NCBI GenBank assembly: GCA_000002435.2
Contig: CM018793.1
Source: Giardia intestinalis
Taxonomy: Eukaryota
Direction: 5' to 3' (one strand)
DNA: 64,000 bases
Shown: piece after piece, positions 29,562-37,740 of the stretch
How positions within the stretch are numbered: the stretch's first letter is position 1
Layout of the letters: every line of letters starts with the position of its first letter
The notes under the pieces: model-generated
Databases searched by the model: none
What the model was told of the DNA's origin: nothing
Seen by the model: the letters and a program-made list of their open reading frames with translations, nothing else
Made by a program: the position numbers and the translations under genes

Positions 29562-32528
29562 ATGCGGCTCACACTGGCCATTCACAAAGCGTTTGCAACT
29601 CAGAAAGCGAAACGAGAGGAGATCGATTTTGTGATTAGACCGAATTCAGAGGAGAAGACAATCTCTGTTTCGTTACTGGTGAAGCAGGAGGTAGCCGCAG
29701 TTTGTGAGGTCGCTGCAGCCTATCGCAACTTTGGATCATCAGCCCTTGTTTCTGATTTGGCAAACATCCTTCGTGCAGTGTCTGCTGGTAACGAGTTTTC
29801 TATAGTTGCGATCTCTACCAATAGCGATCGCTTTGGACCCCTATTTCCATATACAACAAACACAATAGAGCCATCTATGCTAGGACAGATCATAAGTACA
29901 GTACGTGACGAGCTTAAACAGACGAAGAAAGCACCGGTGCGGTATTTGATAACCCTTTCTTGCTTATGTATCGCGCAACGTGGCCGTGTAGTCGATATGC
30001 TTTTCCCAGATAACACCGAGCTTAGCCTAAGCAGAGATGAAGCCGGTAATGTGTATTATGAAAATCTAGCAGAGGTGGCATGTTCTTCAAATGATGAGCT
30101 TGCTGCCATTCTGTTGGCAATTCAAGGCGAGTATACACGAGTGGCCGAAGCTTCTAGGCAAAGTGAAGTAAGCCCAGTAAGCCCACCCCGTGATCAAAGC
30201 ACAAAAGAAACGAAAGTACCAGCTCTTCGCCTCAATATTGCGGTGCGTCAGTATAAGATGACAAGAAAGGACGACAGCGAGTCTGACAGAGAAACTGAAA
30301 CATTGACACTTGACGCGACTTCATCATCTGGTGGTTTACAGCTATCGCCTCCTGGTGAAAAGATCAAGCCTCATGAAAAGCCTGCAAAGGGGCACTTCTG
30401 GAAGGAGATTTCTACTGGGAATATGAGCTTTTACTACATTACTCTACAAGACGTTCTCGGAATACTCAGTAAAACATCTCGTCTCAGCACATATGTACTT
30501 CCAGAGATGAACAGACCAAACTCTAGTGCATTCTTCGAAATAAGTCCCGAAGCAGATTCTAAGCTATGCCTAATGGCCTTTGACCTCATGAATGACCTTC
30601 TTCATAGGTGCTCGCATGCCTGGAGAGCTGCAGGCGTTAATATCTTTCGTCTCAACGAGGCGCAGTCTCATCGCTCAGGGTCTACCGATCTTGTCTCTAG
30701 TCGCCCTCGCTCCCGCTCCTCCAGGAGCTACTTCACAATGGAAGATCTTGACACTTGTGATGATATCACTCCGCAGATTAATGTTCGGCGCATCGAAAGG
30801 CAGACTGAAGCGGAAAAGAGGTGCAGCGAGTTTAAAACCCAAATATCCAAGCAAGCACAAGGATACCAAGACCAACCTGTAACTAGGGCTCCAGCAACAT
30901 CCTTGCAAAAGGGCTCTATCTCCAGGCACAGTGATTCGGAAGAGTCTGCTGATGCTTTTCAGCTAACCTCCGCCCAGAAGCCTACCATTCTCAGCAAGAA
31001 GCAGCGACGAGCGTCTAGTCGCACCGGAAAAGCGACAGTGCAATCGCGTGGATCTATGACAGGCACACGCCTTTCATCCATAACCGCTGCTTCTACCCCC
31101 ACGCAAGGCAGTACTGTACATCGATTGAACGCTGAGGTTCCCGATACAGCAACGAATCTGTCAAAATTTACACACATGCTTCATCTTACCAGCAAACTAG
31201 CGGAGGAGGAAGACAAAACGCAGTCTAAAAAGGGTTCTGGCTCTGCTGGCAAGCGTACAGGCCAGATACCGGAGCAGCAGAAGCGCTCTGAGTCTCGCCG
31301 GACACTGTCCCCGACGATTGTCCGTCCACGAGAGCAGTCTGCTGCTGATGCACGCATTGAGCGGGCACATATGACTGCCAAGCAAAGTCAGAGCCCCCAC
31401 GTGGGGGGTATTAAGACTGTGAGTAGCATGCTTGAGAAAACAGAGCTCCTCAATCTTAGCAGGGGAAGCTCAGTCGGCAGTAGATCCGAGAGTAAGGGAA
31501 AAATTCGGCCTATGAGCCATGAGCATGCGTCTCCACACTCTTCTAAGGGAGCGCAGATGGCGTCTCCAACTCGCAGAGCCAGTAGAGCCAGTGACCGGCG
31601 CGCGAGCACACAAAGCCCAACCCGTAATAGATCAGAACTGGACATTCTTTCACAGTATAGATCCATGCGCATCCCTGCAGATGAAAATGGCCAGTTTGAC
31701 ATGTTCTCTAAGATGCAACTTGAAATAAAGCGATTAGCACGTGAGTTGGAAGAAACTCGTATTGCTAAGGTCGTTACAGAGTCGGGAAGAAATAATCTAG
31801 TGGCGGAGAATACTAGACTGAGAGAAGAGATTGCTAGTTTAGTGGAGAATCAAAAGTACAAGACTCACACAATTAAGCGGTTGGAGAAGCAGCTCATGGA
31901 AGCCAGGGCAAAGCCTGCAAAAATGCATAACTTAGTGACCCAAGGTGTGACTCAAACCCCGGTAAGTTCCTTGGGAGGCAAAAAGCAACACTCATACGAC
32001 GATCTACTTTTGGAAGTGGAGTCTCTGCAGGCGTTAAATAATGAACTACAGGCAGAACTAGCTGGACACCGGAATCAGCTCTGTAAAGAGTCCACTTATC
32101 CGTCAGAAGATGTCAAAGAATTACCTCCAGATACAGCAATGCGTGAACTTCAAATACTCTTGCAGAACTGTATGACTGAGAACAAAAACTTGCGGCTCGA
32201 AGTTGTTGCGCTACAAGAGATGCTTGATGTTCAGCGTCTGTTAGCACGCATCTCACCGAGGACAACCAGTGGAGACGATTCTTCTATTAAGCAGCAACTT
32301 GATGAAGTGATTACAATAAACAGGCAATACGAAGTACAAATATCAAAGCTCGAAAGGGCGGTGGCGGCTGCAGATGAAAGGCTGAATCTCTACGAGGCAC
32401 GTCAGAGCCGAGAAGCACTTCTTGTGGAAACCATCACACAGTTACGAAGCCAAATCCATCACATGACTAAGAAACTCCTTGCTTATGAACACCAAGCAGG
32501 GGATGGTGCTTCTCCACGAGCTAAGTAA
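29562..32528 (+). CDS. coiled-coil protein, paralog A (988 aa)
   Basis: ATG at 29562. The C-terminal 330 aa are heptad-rich coiled coil. The stop TAA is overlapped by AGTAAAT (32524-32530). Strong similarity to the adjacent paralog B; details in the findings. Confidence 0.65.
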   Translation: MRLTLAIHKAFATQKAKREEIDFVIRPNSEEKTISVSLLVKQEVAAVCEVAAAYRNFGSSALVSDLANILRAVSAGNEFSIVAISTNSDRFGPLFPYTTNTIEPSMLGQIISTVRDELKQTKKAPVRYLITLSCLCIAQRGRVVDMLFPDNTELSLSRDEAGNVYYENLAEVACSSNDELAAILLAIQGEYTRVAEASRQSEVSPVSPPRDQSTKETKVPALRLNIAVRQYKMTRKDDSESDRETETLTLDATSSSGGLQLSPPGEKIKPHEKPAKGHFWKEISTGNMSFYYITLQDVLGILSKTSRLSTYVLPEMNRPNSSAFFEISPEADSKLCLMAFDLMNDLLHRCSHAWRAAGVNIFRLNEAQSHRSGSTDLVSSRPRSRSSRSYFTMEDLDTCDDITPQINVRRIERQTEAEKRCSEFKTQISKQAQGYQDQPVTRAPATSLQKGSISRHSDSEESADAFQLTSAQKPTILSKKQRRASSRTGKATVQSRGSMTGTRLSSITAASTPTQGSTVHRLNAEVPDTATNLSKFTHMLHLTSKLAEEEDKTQSKKGSGSAGKRTGQIPEQQKRSESRRTLSPTIVRPREQSAADARIERAHMTAKQSQSPHVGGIKTVSSMLEKTELLNLSRGSSVGSRSESKGKIRPMSHEHASPHSSKGAQMASPTRRASRASDRRASTQSPTRNRSELDILSQYRSMRIPADENGQFDMFSKMQLEIKRLARELEETRIAKVVTESGRNNLVAENTRLREEIASLVENQKYKTHTIKRLEKQLMEARAKPAKMHNLVTQGVTQTPVSSLGGKKQHSYDDLLLEVESLQALNNELQAELAGHRNQLCKESTYPSEDVKELPPDTAMRELQILLQNCMTENKNLRLEVVALQEMLDVQRLLARISPRTTSGDDSSIKQQLDEVITINRQYEVQISKLERAVAAADERLNLYEARQSREALLVETITQLRSQIHHMTKKLLAYEHQAGDGASPRAK

Positions 32529-32530
32529 AT
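32524..32530 (+). terminator. AGTAAAT poly(A) signal overlapping the stop of paralog A
   Basis: ctaAGTAAATgg with TAA at 32526-32528. Confidence 0.5.
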
Positions 32531-32602
32531 GGCGGCAGCAGCTTCCTACGTTTTGCGCACCATTTCCTTGAATTCTAATTAGTGAGATTTCCAAAATAGG
32601 AA

Positions 32603-34066
32603 ATGCCTGCAAAGGAGCGAAATCAGAGCCCAACAACGCGTGTCCGCGCAGCTTCTGGCCCCAAAAACCAGCTTGCTGAAGAGCCTGCTGTGAGAGCCCC
32701 GTCAAAGTCGAAATTGATCCATCAAGAGAAGCAGGCCAATATAACTCCTAAGCGTCCAGACACAGATCGCCGTGCTAGCAGGGGCCAGCCTCGTGGACCT
32801 TCTCCGACTCAAGCAGAGCGGTCTGCATCTGGGCGCAATCATCGTGCCGCTCTCCCTGCCTCCCAACGCACCAACAACGACAAGCATACCCCCAGCCCGA
32901 AAATTGACAGCGAGACCCTTCTTGCATACAAAGCCATGCGTGTGCCCTCAGATGAACAGGGCCAGTTTGATATGGTTTCAAAGATGCAGCTAGAAATAAA
33001 ACGCCTTGCCCGCGAACTCGATGAGACCCGTGCGCAAAAGGTTACGGTTGAAGCAGGAAAAAACGATCTGATAGCGGAAAACGCACGCATGAAGAAGGAG
33101 CTTAACGATGTTCTATCGAACCAGAAGTACAAAAATCACACTATTAAGAAGTTGGAAAGGGAGACAATAGAGCTGAGGGCCCGACTGGAAACAGAAAGAA
33201 GCTCATTTGTTTTGCGTCTTGCCGAAAATAATAGCAAGAATAACACTCCTGGGTCTAGAGTATCAAGTCACTCCCCACGCAGGCAGTCACCCAAGCCCTC
33301 TGCTAACGGCTCTCCAAAGGGTCCTATATGTGACAAGTGCAAGGAGAAAATAAGATCTGGTCAGTACCCCGCAGGCTCTGTCCCCTTACGAGCCGAGGAC
33401 GGGTCCTTGGAGCCACAAGAGTATAAGATTCCGGATCTGTATCTAAGAGAGGACCCCTCCCGACCTGAGTCCCAAGAGTTTCAGGTTGCAGCACCAAACG
33501 TCCTTGTATCTACGGAGAAAGACAACGCTTCATGGAAAAAGGAGCTTGAACATCTCCAGAAGGAGAATAAGGCTCTCCGCGGGGAGCTTGAAGCATTAAC
33601 AGTCATACAAAATGACGGTCACAGTCACCTGGATGTTATACAGAAAATGAACGACGATTTGGATAGGGTATTAGAGGAACGCTCAACTCTCCAACAGGAC
33701 GTCGCTTATTGGAAAGCCCAGTGTGAGCTGGCCAAGGCACAGAATGCCAACTGTGACGTTGACCAGCACGCAAGCGGATGTAGCAGGGAGGAACTTCTTG
33801 CGTGCCAGGCGCTTAATGCTGAGTACGAGAAGAAGCTTGCTGCGACTAGTGAGCGTCTCCGCCTTGCAGAAGAGCAGCTCAAGCCGTATTTAGAGGCCAA
33901 GGGCCGTGAAAAGGCTCTTATCGAGACCGTTACTTCTCTGCGTGCTCAGCTGCAAGATATGACCAAGCGTCTGTTGGCGTACGAGCAGAACAAATCACCA
34001 AGGTCTGCTAGGGCTAAATCTAACGAAAGCCTTAAAAAGGCCAACAAGCCGGCTGGCAAGAAGTAA
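32603..34066 (+). CDS. coiled-coil protein, paralog B (487 aa), tandem duplicate of the C-terminal module of paralog A
   Basis: ATG at 32603 behind ccaaaataggaa. Shares with paralog A the blocks MR[IV]P[AS]DE[NQ]GQFDM[FV]SKMQLEIKRLAREL[ED]ETR, NQKYK[TN]HTIK[RK]LE[KR] and a terminal ...LLAYE[HQ]... motif. The stop is followed by AGTAAAATA. Confidence 0.65.
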   Translation: MPAKERNQSPTTRVRAASGPKNQLAEEPAVRAPSKSKLIHQEKQANITPKRPDTDRRASRGQPRGPSPTQAERSASGRNHRAALPASQRTNNDKHTPSPKIDSETLLAYKAMRVPSDEQGQFDMVSKMQLEIKRLARELDETRAQKVTVEAGKNDLIAENARMKKELNDVLSNQKYKNHTIKKLERETIELRARLETERSSFVLRLAENNSKNNTPGSRVSSHSPRRQSPKPSANGSPKGPICDKCKEKIRSGQYPAGSVPLRAEDGSLEPQEYKIPDLYLREDPSRPESQEFQVAAPNVLVSTEKDNASWKKELEHLQKENKALRGELEALTVIQNDGHSHLDVIQKMNDDLDRVLEERSTLQQDVAYWKAQCELAKAQNANCDVDQHASGCSREELLACQALNAEYEKKLAATSERLRLAEEQLKPYLEAKGREKALIETVTSLRAQLQDMTKRLLAYEQNKSPRSARAKSNESLKKANKPAGKK

Positions 34067-34139
34067 AATACTCTTTGCGAAGATGACCCTTCGTTCTTTA
34101 CGACCCCTCGTATTCATAAGCTTCTCCACTGTTATAAAA

Positions 34140-34508
34140 ATGTCAGACGATCTACAGAAACCTACGCCTCAGAAGTCAGAGCAAATAATTGATAGTTCTA
34201 ATTTGGATTGCAATAGCGGATTGATTGCGCGACACTTTCAAGTGGCCCTTACAACTGAGGATATGTCTAGAGAGGCAGAGCCCCCCTTGAAGAGCCTTAC
34301 AGACGACTTTGGAAAATGGCGTCCTGTTCAGTTGCCAGCCGGTGCAGCACCCCTTACCATACAGCGAGCTGTGACCCTGTTGAGTAGACCTGCCCTAAAG
34401 CAACGATCTGCTCGGCGAAAATCTTCCGCCACTCTTCCTCTTACAGCCAGTACGGCCACCAGGACCAAGCACAGCAAGACAGGAGAGCAGGACGGAAACA
34501 ATGTATAG
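34140..34508 (+). CDS. small hypothetical protein (122 aa)
   Basis: The track ORF starts at 34083. An in-frame ATG at 34140 (MSDDLQKPTPQKSEQ...) sits behind gttataaaaa, a much better initiator. No known domain. Confidence 0.35.
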   Translation: MSDDLQKPTPQKSEQIIDSSNLDCNSGLIARHFQVALTTEDMSREAEPPLKSLTDDFGKWRPVQLPAGAAPLTIQRAVTLLSRPALKQRSARRKSSATLPLTASTATRTKHSKTGEQDGNNV

Positions 34509-34546
34509 AGTGGTTTACAAATGCACAAACGTATGATGAGGCAGGC

Positions 34547-36844
34547 TCAGTTTCCGAGGAAGATCTCCATCCTCTTTTGCGAGTCGGCGTCTCCCCACTT
34601 CGCCTGAGCGGTTCGCGCTAAAGACTCTGCCTGACGGCTACGCTCATCTTGATGATGAACTCTGAAAAGCTGCGAGCACTTTGCAAGAACCACGGGACGC
34701 TCTCTTCGTACAAGGAGAACGCTGGCTAAAGCAAGGAACCTGTTCAGAATGGCAGCCTCCTCGCCCTCTGGAAGCTTGACGCTAGCAACGACACTCATCA
34801 TCTCGCACAGTATCTGGCACTGCTGCCTAGAACTGTGGAAGCACTCATAGACAAGAATAGCTGCAGCAAGCTCGTTATAGATATCGTCCTTGGTGAAGGT
34901 CTCAGTGGAGAAATAGGAGCCGCTCATCGCTTCTATGATGGACTTAGTGTTGTCGATGTGGAGCTTTATCGCAGCTTGTTGATCGATGTCATCCATCAAG
35001 CTGGCAACCCTACCTGCCTCGCGAAGATACCCATCACGATGACAGACATAGAAGAGACTTGGATATATATCTGCCTTCGCTTCCGTCGGCAGCTCGTAGT
35101 TTGGATTCATAAGCATGTTATAGCAATCAAGAGCACCGTGGAATGATTGAATGCACTTCGCGAAAAGGAGACAGTCAGTATGCGCAAGAGTATAAACGTT
35201 CTCAAAGCAGAACTTGCCCAACATAAGGGCCCTTTCGTTATTTCTAGCGTATTCCTCGGGGGAAACAGTGAGCGGGTTTTCCAGAAGAGCATATGCGACG
35301 CCCAAACTGAAATCCCTCATAAGACGGTCCGACTTCTGCATAAGATAACATTTGAGTGCGCGAGATGGCAATAGTCTAAGGTACTCTGGCATCATAGATG
35401 CCTTCATCCTTATGAGCGGCGAAGTAAGAGTCTTCACAATCGAGTCATCATCGCGCTCCAAGAGCTGCACTGGTTGTATCTGCGGCAGATGTCTGTTCTC
35501 GACCTGTTCGGCATACGACCTGATGTGCTGCTCTGAGCAGTGAGGGAAAATTATGCCAATCAGAACGTTGAGGGCAGACGTTAGCTTGCTCATATCCTCA
35601 GGCCAGACACGAGACGAGAATACCAGAAGAGCGTTGATGCAAGAAATCCAAGCGCTATCCATGATCATGCCTGTGACCTTGTCAACATGCTCCAGACCCT
35701 TTGACGCTATCTCCTGAAGTACCGTATTGCAAAGTCCTGTTCCTGCTTCACAGAATCTCCTATACAATTCTTCAGTAATCGTGATCTTCTCCTTCTCCAA
35801 CGAAAGACGGTCTAGCAGAATGATGAAAGACTTGACACCGTGGCATCCACTAACGACAGCAGCAAAAACATCGTCTAATGCAACGAAGAGCTTGTTGATG
35901 TTGATATGGGCGCAGACACCCTCCAGAATAGTTGCGGTGGACATAGGGTCACTGCTGAGTTTTACCTGGCGAAGCACCTCGACAAGTACATCTGCCTGGA
36001 GACCATCTATTGTGCATAGCTTGGCAATCTCCTTGAAACCAGTGCTGATCATTTCGGAGAGGTAAATGCGCCTCTTGTCGCGTCTGTCTGCTTCCTTACG
36101 CGTTCGCGCCGGGTCGTACTGGGTACGGACCCAGAAACGGTTCATCTCAATATAGTTTCGCAATAAAAAGTCCAAAGTGATGTCGACATCAGCAACGACC
36201 ACGTACGGCTCACTCAGATCAAAGTCAAGATGCGGGCGCAGTACCTCAACTATATAGTGGCGCAGAAAGAGGTGGCGTAAGGGATTCTGGACACCACGGC
36301 AGAACTCGTGCAAGTCAAGAACTATGTTGTTCTTAAGCTCACGGATACTGTCCATAGTGGTAGGCATCCCAAGCTTCAGTAGCTCAGCAGGAGCTGTGTC
36401 CGGATTCGCATGGAGGAACTTCCTGGCATTGTTGAGGTGCTCCAGCCAAATAGACGCAGCAAGGGCCATTAGATACAGGCGCGGTATGACGATGGTTGTG
36501 CGCTGTACGAAGACATAAAGCTGGTACGGGCTCATGATGCGCCCAAGTGGGTTCTCTGTAATCGATGAGAAGTACTGGCGAAGGGAGACCAGGAATTCAG
36601 AGACCTTTTCGTAGAGTTTCTCATACCCAGCAGGCTCCAGAAGCGTAGTCTTAAGAAGGAAAGTGCATTCTATCGCAGCGGTTGTTATAGCCATGTAATT
36701 CGACTGGTCTGCGGCGCGCACATTATTGAACTTCGATATCCTAAGGCCCAGATCTTCTAGCTGCGCAGTGAGCCACTGCTCCTGCAGAGGACGAGCCTGT
36801 ATCTGGCGCAGGTATTCAGGGTCTACTTTGGTCTGGAAAGCCAT
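34547..36844 (-). CDS. VPS35: vacuolar protein sorting 35 (retromer cargo-selective subunit)
   Basis: ATG at 36844-36842 behind caaaaataaa. Signature blocks: TTIVIPRLYLMALAASIW (human NIIPRLYLLITVG), HEFCRGVQNPLRHLFLRHYIVEVLRP (human [26 protein letters not shown]), and LDFLLRNYIEMNRFWVRTQYD...RRDKRRIYL (human [21 protein letters not shown]...RDREKRERE). Confidence 0.88.
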   Translation of the reverse strand: MAFQTKVDPEYLRQIQARPLQEQWLTAQLEDLGLRISKFNNVRAADQSNYMAITTAAIECTFLLKTTLLEPAGYEKLYEKVSEFLVSLRQYFSSITENPLGRIMSPYQLYVFVQRTTIVIPRLYLMALAASIWLEHLNNARKFLHANPDTAPAELLKLGMPTTMDSIRELKNNIVLDLHEFCRGVQNPLRHLFLRHYIVEVLRPHLDFDLSEPYVVVADVDITLDFLLRNYIEMNRFWVRTQYDPARTRKEADRRDKRRIYLSEMISTGFKEIAKLCTIDGLQADVLVEVLRQVKLSSDPMSTATILEGVCAHININKLFVALDDVFAAVVSGCHGVKSFIILLDRLSLEKEKITITEELYRRFCEAGTGLCNTVLQEIASKGLEHVDKVTGMIMDSAWISCINALLVFSSRVWPEDMSKLTSALNVLIGIIFPHCSEQHIRSYAEQVENRHLPQIQPVQLLERDDDSIVKTLTSPLIRMKASMMPEYLRLLPSRALKCYLMQKSDRLMRDFSLGVAYALLENPLTVSPEEYARNNERALMLGKFCFENVYTLAHTDCLLFAKCIQSFHGALDCYNMLMNPNYELPTEAKADIYPSLFYVCHRDGYLREAGRVASLMDDIDQQAAIKLHIDNTKSIIEAMSGSYFSTETFTKDDIYNELAAAILVYECFHSSRQQCQILCEMMSVVASVKLPEGEEAAILNRFLALASVLLVRRERPVVLAKCSQLFRVHHQDERSRQAESLARTAQAKWGDADSQKRMEIFLGN

Positions 36845-36862
36845 TTTATTTTTGAAAGGTTT

Positions 36863-37726
36863 TTACTCTTTGTTCAGAAACAACCTAAACAGGATCGACA
36901 AGAGCGCCACAACAAGAAGTCCTGCCACAGCACGAACAGTACCGCTTTTGAGCTTGCACAAATGTGCATTCAAGCCAGTGGAGCAAACGCCACCAACGCA
37001 TTGTCCGCAGCAAGAGTTCTTCTTGCTGGGCGGTGGGAGAGTCGCAGCAGTCTTTGTCATTAGGGAGTCATCCACCTTAATGTTGGACACGCTTGGCACT
37101 GCAGACACAATGTCTTCTATGGGGTCAATGACTCTGTTGAGGTACATGTCATCAGTTGCGTTCTGTGGAATATCTGCTATGATCCCTCGCAAGTACTCGG
37201 CGAGCTCGCTGTAGTTGTGCCTCTCTGCAATCTGTAGATAGTCCTTGAGCTGACCATAGCGAGTCCACGTGCCATGTGCCAACAAAGCCTTCACGGACCT
37301 TAGGCAATTGCCATCAATGGCCAAATCTAAAGCAGTTTTACCATTCTTATCCTTGCTTACCTCAAGGCTCTCCGTAAGGGCACGCACTGCATGGTATGCG
37401 TTGCTTATAGCTGCTATGTGGAGCGCTGTCTTGCCATCACTAGTACAAACATTCGCCTCGGACTCAACCAGTAGAGAGCAGGCGTCGGGATCATCTAATT
37501 CGGCGGCTATCATCAGTGCTGTCTTGCCTTCGTTGTTACAAAGGGTGATTGCGTTCGGCATTAGCACGGGGATGATGACGTGCCTTTTCTTGCGAACAGC
37601 CATCATAAGAGCAGTTTCTCCGTTTTCGTCCTTCTTTGGGCCATAAATCCACACATTATCCTCGATCAAATCCAGGTTGTCAGCCCCAACCGCCTTGAAC
37701 CAATCTTCAACTGTGTCCAGAGGCAT
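36863..37726 (-). CDS. ankyrin-repeat protein with a C-terminal tail-anchor TM helix (Protein 21.1-like)
   Basis: The track ORF starts at 37783. I place the start at ATG 37726-37724 (MPLDTVEDWF...) behind gtttaaaaaagtcc. Ankyrin repeats (GETALMMAVRKKRH, GKTALMIAAELDDP, GKTALHIAAISNAY, GKTALDLAIDGN). The C-terminus CCGQCVGGVCSTGLNAHLCKLKSGTVRAVAGLLVVALLSILFRLFLNKE is a Cys-rich patch plus a single hydrophobic anchor. The stop lies 18 nt before the VPS35 ATG. Confidence 0.7.
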   Translation of the reverse strand: MPLDTVEDWFKAVGADNLDLIEDNVWIYGPKKDENGETALMMAVRKKRHVIIPVLMPNAITLCNNEGKTALMIAAELDDPDACSLLVESEANVCTSDGKTALHIAAISNAYHAVRALTESLEVSKDKNGKTALDLAIDGNCLRSVKALLAHGTWTRYGQLKDYLQIAERHNYSELAEYLRGIIADIPQNATDDMYLNRVIDPIEDIVSAVPSVSNIKVDDSLMTKTAATLPPPSKKNSCCGQCVGGVCSTGLNAHLCKLKSGTVRAVAGLLVVALLSILFRLFLNKE

Positions 37727-37740
37727 GGACTTTTTTAAAC
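37727..37740. promoter_or_regulatory. 14-bp A/T-rich bidirectional initiator (ggacttttttaaac) shared by divergent genes
   Basis: Lies between ATG 37726 (minus, ankyrin tail-anchored gene) and ATG 37741 (plus gene). Each ATG is directly abutted by the A/T run read in its own orientation (aaaaaagtccATG / ttttttaaacATG). Confidence 0.5.
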
